A stretch of DNA of 64,000 bases. Origin: Dictyostelium discoideum (Eukaryota). The notes below the pieces were generated by a model, which was not told where the DNA came from, searched no databases, and saw only the letters and a program-made list of their open reading frames with translations. A program made the translations under genes and the position numbers. Where the stretch lies: the NCBI GenBank assembly GCA_000004695.1, contig CM000153.2:3392001-3456000 (forward strand). Direction: 5' to 3'. Below are positions 44,262 through 58,823 of the stretch, piece by piece (position 1 is the stretch's first letter; each line of letters starts with the position of its first letter).

Positions 44262-45972
44262 CTAGAAACCACCATATTCTGGACCATCAGTTGGTTTTGG
44301 AATAAGTCTGCTTGATTCAGTGTTAACGATTTGTTTCTTTGATTTTTTATAACTAACATATTTCCAAATTACACCAATACCAATTAAAACGATAGCAGCA
44401 CTTCCAAAACTTACGATATATAACCATTTATTTGCAGAGCAACCAGAGGAACCAGAATTTGAGGAGAAAAACAATTGACAAGAATCTGGAGATATTGCAC
44501 CATTTGTGCAGTATTTATCTTGTGGACAACTAAAAGGTGCAGCCATACCAGAGTTTGGACAATATGAACCATCTGGACATTTTATACAATCTTGAATTGA
44601 AGAACCACCAGAGTTTGGATTATATGAACCTGGACTACATTCAAGACAATAGGATTGACCTTGGAATGAGTTGAAAGTACCAGCAACGCAAAGTGAACAG
44701 AATGATGAGGGTTTGTATGAATAAGAGCCAACACCACATTCGACACATTTACCTTTGAATGAATAGGCACCAGGATCACATTGAACACATTCTGTATGGT
44801 CATCATTACTAGTGTAGCCTGCATCACATTCCAAACATTCACTTGATCTATTACCCAATGTTATTGAACCATCTGGACATGGTAAACATTCACTTGCACC
44901 GCTACTTGAAGTGGTGCCTTGAGTGCAACTAAGACATTCAGTGGATCCGATTGCATTTGAATAAGTACCTGCATCACATTGTTGACAGAATTTAGTCTCT
45001 ACACACCCACCTTTAATACTACATTGTGAACATTCTGTAATTGATTCATTTGCAAAGAATCCTAAATCACATAATGTACAATCTTGATTTGGTGTTGGTG
45101 ATGGAGTTGTTGTTGGTGTTGGTGATGGTGTTGGTGATGGTGTTGGTGATGGTGTTGGTGATGGGGTTGGTGATGGTGTTGGAGATTTAGTTGGTGACGG
45201 GGTTTCAGTTGGTTTGGGTGTTGGTTCTTCGCTGCTACTATTTTTGCTACTACTATTATTATCAGTGCTGCTATCTTCACTGCTACCTTTATGACCTTCG
45301 CTACCGCTACCTTTACTATCTTCACTTCCTTTACTATCCTCACCACTACTGCTACCTTTATGACCCTCACTACTGCTACCTTTATGATCCTCACTACTAC
45401 TACCCTTATGATCCTCACTGCTACCTTTACTATCCTCACTGCTGCTCTTATGATCACTACTTCCTTTATTATCTTCGCTGCTACTGCTATTATGATGATG
45501 ATTATCACTTGAGCTATTTGTTGAATTACCACCATTATTTTCATGTGATGAAGAGTTTGTTGGTTTTATACTACCACTACCACTACCACTACCCTCTGAA
45601 TCTGATTTACCACCAGCACTATCACTATTGGTGTTAACTGGTAAATCTTTATTTAATCCATCATTTATTCTATTATTATTATTATTATTAATGTTATCCA
45701 ATTCTGAAATTGATATTTTAATCTTTTTACCATGAACTAAAACTAAATTTATATATATATATATACATTTTTTTAAATTTATATTATATAACTTGTTAGA
45801 GTTTATTTTTATTTTATTTTAATAACTCTTCCCTCTAACCCTCTCTTCCTTTTCTTCTTTTTCTTGTTTTTAATTAATAATTTAAATACATACCATTGTT
45901 ATCAATTGAATGGCTCAATAATAAAGATAAAAGTAAAGTAACAAATAGAATTTCTAAAAAATACTTCCTCAT
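44262..45972 (-). CDS. Secreted/type-I membrane protein with signal peptide, acidic-basic S/G/K/H/E/D repeats, Pro/Thr linker and Cys-rich (ephrin-receptor-like / TNFR-like CxxC...GxYS) repeats; 2 exons: join(45972..45894, 45736..44262), ~517 aa
   Basis: Exon 1 is MRKYFLEILFVTLLLSLLLSHSIDNN, ending at a GTATGT donor (rc acatac 45888-45893). Acceptor ttttag is rc of ct at 45737-45738, phase 1, in frame with ORF 44262..45701. Repeats (KGSSEDH)n, (PTPS)n. About 9 units like CxxCxxGxYS (CQQCDAGTYSN, CLECDAGYTSN, CVQCDPGAYSF, CVECGVGSYSY, CLECSPGSYNP, CIKCPDGSYCP). TM helix IVSFGSAAIVLIGIGVIW. Confidence 0.6.
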
Positions 45973-47403
45973 TCTATTTTAACTTTTTTTTTTTATTTTT
46001 TTTTTATATACATAAACTTTTATTCTTACAAATTTTTTTATTATTATTATTATTGTTTGTTTTGTTTTGTTGTATTTTATTTTGATTTGTTTTTTGTTTT
46101 GTTTTTTTTTTATTTTTTTATTATGAATTATTTTAATAAATAGATAATATTCGTATATTACTAGTGGTATGAAACAAAACGCATATATTACAATAATATT
46201 AAAAAAAAAAAAATAAAACAAAATAAAAAAAAAAAAAAACAAAAAAACTAAGAAAGATATTCACAAAACGTGAAAATTTAAAAAAATAAAAAAAAAAAAA
46301 AAAAAAAAAAGTTTGAGGAAAAAAAAAAAAAAAAAAAAAAAATAAAAAAAAAACAAAAAAAAAAAAAATAAAATTTAAAAAGTTTACTAGTTTTGTTTTT
46401 TATTTTTTATTTTTTTTTTTTTCTAGAAAATAATGCTATATTGTTATTTATTACTGTTTATATTTTTAAACTTATTATTATTTTTTTTCTTTGTTTATGA
46501 TGTATTTTGTAAAAAAAAAAAAAAATAAAAAAAAAAAATAAATAAAAAAAAAAAAAAAACAATTTTTATTTTTTAAAAATATTATTAATAGAAAAAACAC
46601 AATTTTTTTTTTTTCTGCTTCACACACCAACACCAAAACATAATACACACACCTCAATTGATTTATTATTATTTTTATTGTTTATAATTATTTCTTTCCA
46701 ATTATTTTTCCTCAAACAATTTTTTATTATTATTTTTATTTTTTTTTTGTGTGTGAAAAAAAGAAATAATTTGTATTTTAATTCATTTTTTTTTTTGTTA
46801 TAAAAAAAAATAATTATACGAATTTGGAAGAAAAAAAGAAATCGAAGTTTTAACAAAGTAAAAAAAAAATATTTCCAAAATAAAATAAAAAATTACCAAA
46901 AATATTCGAGTGTTAGACTTTTTATTGCACAAAGAAATGGAGAGGTTTTGATATTGATAAAATTCATCCAGTTATGGATATATATATATATATATATATA
47001 TAAATAATATTCAAATTAAAATAAATTAATGGAAAAAATGAATATCCAAATAACTATTTTTTTTTTTTTTTTCCAAAATAAAATAAATTTAAACAAATTC
47101 TTACTTTTTTTATGATTTGTGATGAAGAATATTCTTACTTTCTTTTAAATATAATTCCTAAAAAATATAATTATTTCTTTTTTTTCTATTTTTTTTTTTT
47201 TTATTTACAACTAAGAAAATATTCAAAGAATTTTTTTTTTAATCAATTTTAATTCTTAAAATAAATGAGAAAAAAAAAAAAAAAAAAAAATTTAATTTTT
47301 CAACTTTATTTCACAAGATTTTTTTTTTTGTTTTTAATAACTGGCTTTTTTTCATAAGATTTTTTTTTTTTTTTCACTATATTTTTTAGAAATTAGAAAC
47401 AAA

Positions 47404-48564
47404 ATGGAAACAAATAATGAAATTTCCACAATTTTAGATTTATTCCCAAATTTAACAATTAAACAAGCAACAGATTGTTTAAAAACTTGTAATAATAATA
47501 TTGAACAAACAATTAATTATTTAGTAGAGAATATTGATATTGTTACATCAGTAAATACAAAAGTTGGTAGTGGTAATATTAAAAGTACTGATGATATAAT
47601 TAATAATTCAACAACCACAACAACAACATTTAAAACTGAAGAAGATATTGAAAATGAAAGATTATTTAAAGAATTTATGGAAAATGAATTAAAACAATCA
47701 GAAATTAAAAATTCAAGTAAAACTCATTTATGTATGGTTTGTTATTGTGAATTGCCAATAACCGATTTTTATATCCTAGATGAATGTAATCATAAATATT
47801 GTAATCTCTGTTTAAACACACATTATACAATGCAAGTACGTAGTGGATACAGTGACCTAAAATGCCCAATGCCAACATGCAGATACAAACCGACCTATGA
47901 AGAAGTCCAACATATTCTATCAAAAGATTATTTTGAAAAGTATGATAAAATCTTAGTAAATGTTCATTTAAATAAAGATAAAAACATTCGTTATTGTCCA
48001 GAAATCGATTGCGGTGCTGCAATTATCATGCCATCAGATAATAATAATTCAACAACTCAATCTGTAGAATGCTCAAATCAAGAATGTAAATCATCATATT
48101 GTTTAAATTGCAGAGAGCCATCGCATAGCGGTCTCACCTGTGAGCAATATGAAACTGCCAAATTAGAATTAGCAGAGTTAATGGAAATTGAAGAAAATCA
48201 AATGACCTTCAAGCAAAGATTAATGGAGTTATTCAGTCAAGGTGATGCAAATTCCATACTCTATGATAAAACTCCACCAAAAAGAGTAAGAAATAGACTT
48301 TTCTTTCTCGCCAAAAAATGGGGTAGATATGTCAATACCGATAGAATTCACGAATTACAAGTATCAGCATCAACTTTAAAATGGGTTCTTGAAAATACAA
48401 AAATATGTCCAACTTGTAAAATTATTATTGAAAAAATTGATGGTTGTAATAGTATGGATTGTGTTTGTGGTACAAACTTTTGTTTTGGTTGTGGTGTTAA
48501 AAGAACTGAACATACTGCCAAAAGATTCCCATGTTATGATCCATATTATTATGATTCTTATTAA
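47404..48564 (+). CDS. RBR-type (RING1-IBR-RING2) E3 ubiquitin ligase, Ariadne-like, with N-terminal CUE/UBA-like segment
   Basis: 386-aa single exon, real ATG. RING1 is CMVCYCE...CNHKYCNLCLNTHY...CPMPTC. IBR is YCPEIDCGAAI...CSNQECKSSYCLNCREPSHSGLTCEQY. RING2 is CPTCKIIIEKIDGCNSMDCVCGTNFCFGCG. Confidence 0.75.
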   Translation: METNNEISTILDLFPNLTIKQATDCLKTCNNNIEQTINYLVENIDIVTSVNTKVGSGNIKSTDDIINNSTTTTTTFKTEEDIENERLFKEFMENELKQSEIKNSSKTHLCMVCYCELPITDFYILDECNHKYCNLCLNTHYTMQVRSGYSDLKCPMPTCRYKPTYEEVQHILSKDYFEKYDKILVNVHLNKDKNIRYCPEIDCGAAIIMPSDNNNSTTQSVECSNQECKSSYCLNCREPSHSGLTCEQYETAKLELAELMEIEENQMTFKQRLMELFSQGDANSILYDKTPPKRVRNRLFFLAKKWGRYVNTDRIHELQVSASTLKWVLENTKICPTCKIIIEKIDGCNSMDCVCGTNFCFGCGVKRTEHTAKRFPCYDPYYYDSY

Positions 48565-48714
48565 TAATAAAAAACAATTTTATTTTACAATATTATTAAA
48601 GTTTTATATAAAATTTTATTTATTTATTTATTTAATTATTTAATATTATATAATATTATTTTATTTATTTGTTATCACTTTTTTTTTTTTTTTTTTTTTT
48701 TTTTATATTTTGAT

Positions 48715-51406
48715 TTAAATACCAACAATTGATTTTAAAAATATTGAAGATAAAATTTTACCCATTTTCTTTTTATTATCGGCTAATTGTATGAATGGAT
48801 GTTTTAATAATTCTTGAGCAGAAGGACGTTTATGAGGATCCATTTGCAAACATTTATTGATGATATCGTGGAATTCATCACTCCATTTATGAGGATCTTC
48901 AAAGGGATCTTTAATACCTTCAGAGCCTACCATAAACATAGTTTTGATTGGATTTTTACGGAGTTTATTATTTCTATTTGCCAATTCCAATAAACAGATT
49001 GCAGTTGACCAAATATCACAAGTGTAACCATGTTGTTTTTGTTGAATCATCTCTGGTGGCATCCAAATTGGGGAACCACACATTCTGATACGTTCACCTT
49101 TGGAAAGGTTAGCACAAAGTCCGAAATCGATTAATTTAATCTCACCACTGGTGGTCATCATAATATTTTGAGATTTAAGATCACGATGCACCAATTGAAT
49201 GCCATGTAAATAGGCTAGACCTTGTAAAACCTCCCTTGCAACATAAGCGATATTACTCTCTTGGAATGGATATTGATTGGAGGCCTCGGCCAATGTACCA
49301 CCCTCCATAAACTCCATAGCAATCCAAACTTCATCATGAAGCATATGAGAATTATAGTAAGTGATAATGTTTGGATGATTCGTGAATTCCAATACTCGAA
49401 TTTCCTTTACATTGAATTTCTTCTCCTTCTTTCTAACATGTGGTAACTTTTTAATGGCGATTCTAGATTTAGATTTATCCATATTGTTTCTCACTAAATA
49501 TACAGTACCAAATCCACCCTTTCCAACCTTTTCCCTAAACGTATAAAGTTTCTTCATCTCATTTGTTGGTTTCTTACAAATTTGGTCAAATGGTCTCTTA
49601 TAGAATGATTTTGCAACTACCATTTGTCCTGAACCTGCTGGATCCAATATCATTGGTGGTGTACAATTACCACAAACATTACCAACATTATAATATTTTG
49701 GTTTATCTGGTAAATTGGTTGGATCACTTGAATAAAATCTTTGCTTTGTATGAAAGTGTAATAATGATAATATAATTTCAAAATGTTCATCAACCGACTC
49801 TTGTTTAATATCCCATGTTTTAACCATAGTTTTATATTCATCTGGTAATGATTCAAAATTTGGTGAAATAATTGTTTTTGAATTTTTCATTCTATCTGAT
49901 CCATCATCATAATTTTCAATTAATTCTTGATCCATTAAATTTGTAATTGGATTATGATTTTGATGTTGTGAATTTGGTTCATTTGAATTATTATTATTAT
50001 TATTATTATTACTATTATTATTATTATTATTATTATTACCATTTTTACTACCATTACTACCATTACTTAAATCATTACCACCATCTGGTGATGTAGCATT
50101 TAATTCTGCAATTTGTTGTTTTTGTATCTTTTGAATTTGTTCCATATGATGTTTATATAATTCAGCTGGTGGTATATTCTTTAATGCTAATTGATGTTCT
50201 TTTTCTCTTTCTTCTCTTTCTTTTTCTTCTTTTGCTTCTCTAGCTTCTCTTTCTTTTTTACTTTCTTTCTTTTCTTTAATTTTTTCAACTTTTTCTTTAT
50301 TATTATTATTATTACTACTTTCTTTATCCATTTTATTAAATAATTTTTTTAATAAACCAACTTTATTTTTTGGTTTAATTGATGTTGGTGATGTTATTCC
50401 TGATGAATTATTTTTAGATGTTGATTCAATTTGTTCACTATTATTTGAAGATGAAGTAGTTGTAGTTGTAGTAGTTGTAGTAGTAGTAGTTGGTGGTGTT
50501 GTTGTTTGTAAATTTGTAAAAGAAATATTATTTGAAAAAATTGTAGTTTTCCTCTTTGATGACATATTATTATAATAATAAGATGTTATATCATTTATTA
50601 ATGTACAAGAATCAACTTTTTCAAAGTGTGAATGTTTTTTTGAAGTTCCAAAGAAATCATTATATCCAATTAAATCATGTGCTTGTGGTAATGAAAATAA
50701 TTCATACTTTATAAAATAGATTGATGCTAAAACTAATCCAAAACAACATTCTTGAATTACAACTGGTTGTGTTGGTGTTCTACCTAATATTAATTGTGAA
50801 TATTGTTCAAAACTTTTTGCAATTGATAATATATCTTCATCTGATTCAAATTCAATAATTTGATAAGAAAAATACTTTTTTTTTTTTTTAAAAAAAAAAT
50901 AAAAATAAAAAAACAACTATTATTAGTATATATATAAATTTAAATTTTTTCAAAAATATTATTATTATTGTTATTATTATTACTTTTTGAGTTTTTTCAT
51001 CAATTTCTAAATGTGGTTCGGGAAAACCTAAAATTCTAATTTTTTCATTTTCTTCAAATTTTAAATATTGATTTGACATTAATGCTCTGATATCACCAAC
51101 ATATAAACAACTATACAATTCACGTAATGGTGATAAAGCATCAGATAAACTTAATAATGGTAATGGTGTTATGTTTCCTTCTGATGGTGTATTCACTTCA
51201 CTATTATTTGTAATTACACCACTACCACTAATATTCAATGATTTTAAACTTGTAATGCTATTACTTAATGTATTCAATTGTTCATTATTATTATTACTAT
51301 TACTACCATTATTATTATTATTGTTGTTGTTGCTATTAGTTGTAGTATTATTATGACTACTTGCTACAGTAATTGTAATATTATTTAATGTACTATTATT
51401 ATCCAT
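48715..51406 (-). CDS. STE20-family serine/threonine protein kinase with C-terminal kinase domain; 2 exons: join(51406..50984, 50874..48715), ~860 aa
   Basis: Exon 1 is MDNNSTLNN...EIDEKTQK, with GTAATA donor (rc tattac 50978-50983). Acceptor aaaaag is rc of ct at 50875-50876, phase 0. Kinase motifs: [33 protein letters not shown]20 signature GSPIWMPPE. Long Lys/Glu coiled and poly-N/T linker regions lie upstream. Confidence 0.7.
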
Positions 51407-51431
51407 TTTTTTTTTTTTTTTTTTATTATAC

Positions 51432-51463
<32 letters not shown>

Positions 51464-52312
51464 TTTTACACTAAATATAAATGAAATTATTAATAAAATG
51501 TATTATTTTAAAAAAAAATTTTTTTTTTTTTTCCCTCTTTCGTAAGAGTTTATTTAATAAATTATTAAATATAGAAATACAGTGGGAAGGTATTAAATAC
51601 AGTGATGAAAAAAAAAATACAAAATTAATTTTTTTAATATATATTAAAATAATAATAATAAATTAAAAAAACAAATTATTATTTTTTTTTATTTTATTTT
51701 TTTTTTTTTTTTAATAAAATAAAATAAAATAATAACAATAATAAATTAAATTAAAAAAAAATGAAAATAAACTCTGAACAAAAAATATCAAAAAATGGTG
51801 TGTATTTAATATTGTACTACTGTGTATTTTTGTGCGTGTTTGTGTTGTGTTTGTTATATATGTGGTGTGTTATTGATTTATATAAATATAAATGTTTATA
51901 TATATATATTAAATTAAATTAAAATATATATTAATAAATTAATTTTTTTTTTTTTTTTTTTTACTTTGTTTTGATTTGTTTTGGTTTGCTTTTATTTTTA
52001 TTAAACTATTTTTATTTTTTATTTTTTTATTAAAATTATGAACCAACCAGAGACTATTTTTATTTTTTTTTTTTTTTTATTTTTTATTTTTTATTTTTAA
52101 ATCGGTAAAATAATAACTGAAAAAGTGATTAATGTGAGATATTTTTAAAGTGTGGTGTGATTCGAGTGATTACTCTCTATCATTTAATAAAGTAATAAAA
52201 AAATTAATTAATTAAAAAAAAAAAAAAAAAAAATGTATAGAAATAAAAAAAAAAAAAATGATAATATTAAAAAAAAATAAAATAAAAAAATAATACAAAG
52301 TGAGTTTGTGTG

Positions 52313-52360
<48 letters not shown>

Positions 52361-52382
52361 TCCCCCTAAAAATAGAAATGTG

Positions 52383-52433
<51 letters not shown>

Positions 52434-52806
52434 CTTTGAACTTAAATTTTGTGATTGAATGGTGCTATTGTTAATTATGATAAATATAAAAATATCTTTA
52501 CTTTTTATTGTTAATTTTAATTTACTATTATTATTATTTTTTTTTTTATTATCATTTTTTTTTTTTTTTTTTGTTTAATTTTTTTTTTTTTAATATTTTT
52601 TTATTTTTTTTTTTTAATTTTACCTTTTATTACTGTTTTTTTTTTCCCTTAAATATTTTTTTCAATTTTAAAAAAATAAAAATTAAAACCAATCAATCGA
52701 TGTTTTAGTTATAATTTGAGACCTAAATAATATTACAACTAAAAAATTGGTTGAAAGGCCCTTTGATAAGCCCCAAATTCTTTTGAAAGTTTGGTGGTTT
52801 TTAATT

Positions 52807-52846
<40 letters not shown>

Positions 52847-52857
52847 TTGTTTTCCCC

Positions 52858-52891
<34 letters not shown>

Positions 52892-52980
52892 AAAAAATTA
52901 ATTAAAATAAAAAAAAGATATTTTATAAAATTTTTAAAAAAAAAAAACGTTAATCTCAGATTTGTGACCACTTTTTTTTC

Positions 52981-53012
<32 letters not shown>

Positions 53013-53106
53013 TACTAAACAGTGTTTTGGGTTGAATAAAAAAAACTTTTCCTATTTTATTTCTTTTTTTTTTTTTTTTTTTTTTTTATACACATTTGGG
53101 CTTTCA

Positions 53107-54377
53107 CTAATTATTATTACCATAATTAATATTATTGTTGTTGACAAAATTATTATTATTGTTATTATTATTATTATTATTATTACTATTATTTCTATTG
53201 TTATTTTTGTTGTTTCTACTATTGCTATTTCTATTACTGCTATTCCTGTTTACATTATTATTATTATTATTATTATTATTATAAATATTATTATTATTAT
53301 TGAAATCATTTTGTCTTTTAATTTCAATTGATTCTAATTCTTTATAGAGTTCGTATTCTCTTGGTGTTAAAGAGGAGGGAGTTGGAATATCTATGACAAA
53401 GTTAACACGACAAGATCCAGTTTTTCCACCTTTTGAATCCTTAAAACCTAAATTTGGTATGGTTGTATAGTAGTTATCATGTTTATTATTTACATCTGAG
53501 AATGGTGGAATTGTGATACGATGTTGTTTACCATATATAGTGATGATATTTATAGATGCACCAAATATCGATTGAGTTACACCAATATGTGTATTGATAA
53601 TAACATCATTTGAATTTGGAATTCTCATAAATTGATCACTGTTTTCAACTCTCATTATTGCTGTTATACGATATTCGTCCATTGTCGATTGATTGAAATT
53701 TACTGAAAATTCTAATTCTTGTTTCTCTTTATCTTTTATACCTGCCGGTATTAATAGTTCATCTCTAACCATACTTTTAATTTGACCACTTCCGTTACAT
53801 TGACTACAATTATTATTGTTATTATTGTTATTGTTATTATTATTATTATTGTTATTATTATTACCATTTGGTAAATTTGAGGATGACGAATTTGGAGTTA
53901 TTGGTGGCGATGAACCTGATGATGATATTGGTTGAATTTTTGTACCTTTACCTTCACAATCTCTACATGTAAAACCTGAAAATACACCACTTCCATTACA
54001 TAAATCGCATGATATTATTTTAACTTTATTTCCACTATTTATTCCTCCATTATTACCATTGCTGACTCCACAATTATTACTACTATCTCCGCCATTACTA
54101 CTAATATTTCCATGACATTGATTACATTCCCTATATACTGGTATTGATAATTGTTTTTCACAACCAAAAACACTCTCCCTAAAAGTAACATCAACAACTA
54201 CCTTTTGTTTAAAAACACTCGGTGCTCTATTCGATGTTGGGTATAACAATGAATCAATAGGCGATAAAGGTGGAGAAAAAGAGGGTGATGGTGGTTGTGA
54301 TGCCCTATTATTTATATTATTATTACTATTACTATTACTATTGATATTACTATTACCATTGCAAGTATTGCTGTTGC

Positions 54378-54474
<97 letters not shown>

Positions 54475-55452
54475 GTTGTTATTATTGTTGTTATTATTGT
54501 TGTTATTTCCATAGTTATTACCATGGCTATTATATAAATTAGCATTATTATTGCTATTAATATAATTGTTATTGTTATTATTATTGTTATTATTATTGTT
54601 ATTATTGTTATTATTGTTATTATTGTTATTATTGTTATTATTGTTATTATTGTTATTATTGTTATTATTGTTATTGTTATTATTATTGTTGTTGTTATTA
54701 TTGTTATTATTGTTGTTAAAACCATTCATATTATTGATTTGTCTTCTATGCATTGCATGAATATGTTGAACAGTGTCATGCATACTATTATGAAAAGAAA
54801 AAGGGTCAGAGAATGAAGAATGCATTTGTTGATGCATATTATGGTGATGTTGATTTAGATGGGCTTGGTGAATGTTGTGGTGATGTTGTGAATGAGAGTT
54901 TGAAAACATAAAAGGTGAACCAAAGGGTGGAGGTGGAGGTGAAGGTGAAGGTGAAGGAGTTGTATGTGTAAAGAAATTTGAAGAACTAGCTTTAAAGAAT
55001 TGATTAAATATATCAAAGAAATTCGAACGTCCAAATTGATTATGCTGACTAAAGAATTGATCGAAATTATCGAAATTATTGTTATTATTATTATTGTTAT
55101 TGTTATTATTATTGTTGTTGTTATTATTGTTATTATTACTACTACCACCACCACCACCACTACCACCACTATTATTATTACTACTATTATTATTATTTCC
55201 TCTATTTCTATTATTTCTATTAAATAAAAGATTATCATATTCATATTTCTTTTCGGAATTGGATAATATTGAATATGCTTCTGTAATTGATTTAAATTTT
55301 TCTTCAACATCTAATTCGTTACCGATATTTCGATCAGGGTGATATTTTAGTGCTAATCTTTTGTATGCTTTTTTTATAACTTCAACATCTGTAACTGTTC
55401 TTTCAATTTCTAAAATTAAGTAATAATCTGGTAGTTCATTATTATAGTTCAT
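53107..55452 (-). CDS. DnaJ/Hsp40 type-I co-chaperone (J domain + Gly/Asn-rich region + CxxCxGxG zinc-finger + C-terminal substrate-binding domain), heavily expanded with poly-Asn/His tracts
   Basis: Single 781-aa ORF, real ATG. J domain [34 protein letters not shown]. Zinc-finger repeats [33 protein letters not shown]-terminal [21 protein letters not shown]. The exact C-terminal end is uncertain because of the terminal low-complexity tail. Confidence 0.7.
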
Positions 55453-55650
55453 TTTGTGATTGTACGTTTTTATATATATATATATATATCTTATAATATA
55501 GATGTATTTAATAAAATTAATATTTATTTATTTATTTGTTTTTTATTGTTATATTTAAATAAATAAAATTTTGTGTGTCTTTTTAAATTTTTTAATTTTC
55601 AAAAAAATTTTTTTTTTTTTTTTAATTTTTTTTAATTTTTTTTTATTTTA

Positions 55651-55688
<38 letters not shown>

Positions 55689-55800
55689 GAATTAAAATTT
55701 AATTAAATTAAATAGAACGTTTTTATTATTATTATTATTATTATTTATTATTTATTATTTATTATTTATTATTATTATTTCGTTTTTTACTGTCTCAATG

Positions 55801-55889
55801 ATTTTGCTCTATTAAGTTATTGTTTTAGTTTTTGTATATTAAAATTTTAATAAAAAAAAAAATAAAACAATAACTTAATAGAGCAAAAT
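55801..55889. repeat. Perfect 27-bp inverted repeat (ATTTTGCTCTATTAAGTTATTGTTTTA ... TAAAACAATAACTTAATAGAGCAAAAT) with 35-bp spacer, intergenic
   Basis: Left arm 55801-55827 and right arm 55863-55889 are exact reverse complements, predicting a long hairpin/cruciform. Lies between the DnaJ gene start (55452) and the next gene start (56354). Confidence 0.7.
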
Positions 55890-56353
55890 TTAAAAAAAAA
55901 AAATAAATAAATTTTTTTTTTTTTTTTTTAATTTGTATTGACAAAGAGATATATATTTGCTCAAAAACAATTATTTTGTACAAAACAAGAATCTTTTTTT
56001 TTTTTCAATCAGTTCTTAATAAATTCTCCAAAAACACTGTCTTTTTTTTTAGTTGACTTGAAATTTTAAATTTTTATTTTATTTTATTTTTAATTTTTTT
56101 TTTTTTTTTTTTATTTTTTTTTTTTTTTTTTATTTTTTGAAAATTAATTAAATTTTTAAAAAAACCCACACTCTCGCATAAAAAAAAAAAAATAAAAAAA
56201 TATTTTATTAGTAAAATTTTTATTATTAAAATAAAAACAAACAATTAAAATCATAAATAAATAAATAATAATATCAAACATTTTGAACTTAGAAAATTTT
56301 CATACAAAAAAGATAAAAAGATTAGAGAAGAATAAATAGAAAAAAAAAAAAAG

Positions 56354-56757
56354 ATGCAACCAAACAATGGTTTCAACCTAAAGGTTGTTTATGCAGAAAA
56401 TGGTTATAGTTATACAATACCAGTAAACCCTTCTATTTCGTATGTATTCACTCCAAATACTCTCTCCCCTCTCATCCATATAATAAACAAATTATTTAAA
56501 TAATTACTAATTTGTTTAAAATTTAAAAATTTAAAAATAATTAGAATTGAAGATATAAAACATTCATTAGCCAATGCAACAAATCTTCACGTTAGTGACC
56601 AAATTTTATTATCGGATAAAACACATATAGCACCAAAAGGAACACTTGAATCATATGGTATTATTGTAAGTTTAATATAATCAATAGTTTTTATTTTTAT
56701 TTTTTTTTTTTTTTCTCAAAACCATCAAAAAAATAAAAATTAATTCTCATTTTTTTA

Positions 56758-56795
<38 letters not shown>

Positions 56796-57256
56796 AGATA
56801 AAGAGATTTATTTATATAATAGAAGAATTTTAGAAAATTTAAAATTAAAACCAGAAGAAATTGAAATTTCATTTAACGAATTTAGAAAAAGTAATTATAT
56901 TTTTTTTATTTTTTTTTTTTATTTTTTTAAATTGAAGATTAGGGAAAAACTAATTTTCTTTATTTTTTTTATAATATCTATAGTTCCAAAAACTCAAGCA
57001 CAAGGTTTACACGAACTTGAAACATCACAAAATTTATTAAATAAATTATATGCTATGGAATATTATTTGAATAATCATTTAATTGGAATAAAGTATATAA
57101 AGGACGAATTTGAAAAAAGATTATTAATATGTCAAAATTTCCAAAGTGATATTCACCATCAAAAGAGAGCATTAAATGCTGCCAATTATTCATTTTTTGA
57201 ATATAGAGAGTATGTTTAATTTATTTATTATTGAAAATATCTTCAATTTATTAATT

Positions 57257-57340
<84 letters not shown>

Positions 57341-58148
57341 ATTATTATTTTTAGAAATTTAATAAAGACAGCAAATAAATCATTTAAAGATTTTAGAAAT
57401 TTATTACCAAATTATGATTCAATATTATCATCATTTGAAATGGATATGAATAAATTGAAACAAATTAAATTACATGACTCATTGAGAACAAATAATTTAA
57501 CAGTTTTAGCTGATTGTATACCAGAGGGTGCTTTTAGAAATTGGTATAAACATTTAAAAGAAGAATTTAGTAAAGTAAAATTAAAAGTATCTGATACTGA
57601 AGGTCAATTAGCAATTTCAACAAAGAGTAGTGATATAGAATTAAAAAAGTTTGATGCTATAAAGTAAGTAATAATTAAATTAAAAAAAAAAAAAAAAAAA
57701 AATAGAATTTTATAAAATAAAACAAATTTATATTAATATTTAACAATTGTTAAATTATAGTATGAATGAACTTTCAAATAGAATGTTAATTTTAAAGGAA
57801 CACTTTGAGAGAGTTAAAACAACAGCTCAATCATTTTCTTCAAGTATGTAGATAATAATAATAATAAATGTTACAAAGATAGCCTATTAACAATTTTTTT
57901 ATCATTACTTTTATTAGATTATGAAAAGATTAAACAAACATTAAGTCAAGCTAGATCAATGAATGATTCAAATAGATTATCATCAATGTTATTAGGGTTT
58001 TTAGATATAAAAAGACAACAAGACGAAAGTTTTAATTTTTGCTCAAATAATCAAACTGCATTTGATGCAATAACTTATATTTATCAAACAAAGGTAATTT
58101 TAAAATTATATATATATATATATATTATTTAATTTAAACAATAGTTTA

Positions 58149-58203
<55 letters not shown>

Positions 58204-58789
58204 GAATTTTATGAATTCAAATGTATATAGCCATTTAAGATCAATTTCAAAGTTTCAAAATAATTTAAGTATTTTAAAAGATTTAATTTCAAATAGTAAT
58301 GATATGATTTATCATTTTCAAGTTGATTTCATTCAATTGGAAATCATTCATAGATTACCACAAACCTATGAAGAGTCATTGAATGAAATTGGTAGAAGAA
58401 AGAAATTTGGTAATACATTAACAACCTCATTCAATAGATTTATTGAATCACTTAAAATGATTAAAGATGATGAGAATCAAAAGAGACAAATATTCTTTGA
58501 TCAATACCTTAAATATATACCAATTAATTCATTCAATGGTTTAAAAGAAAATATACCAGATTTTAATTTTAATTTACCACCAATTGATACAAATCTACCA
58601 AATTTAGGAAATAGTTTAGTCAATAATAATAATAATAATAATAGCTTAGGTAGCGGATTTAGTGGTGGTAGTGGTGGTAGTAATGGTTCAAATGAAGATG
58701 ATGGTTTTACTGTTATTGATAATTTAACTGATAATTTTAATAATATTTTTATGAATAATAATAATAATAATAATAGTGGTAGCAATGAC

Positions 58790-58823
<34 letters not shown>

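Noticed and set aside
45062-45637. ORFs 45062..45544(-), 45191..45637(+) and 45291..45512(+) overlapping the Cys-rich TM gene
   Set aside because: Alternative-frame or antisense translations of the (PTPS)n / (KGSSEDH)n repeat region of gene 44262-45972.
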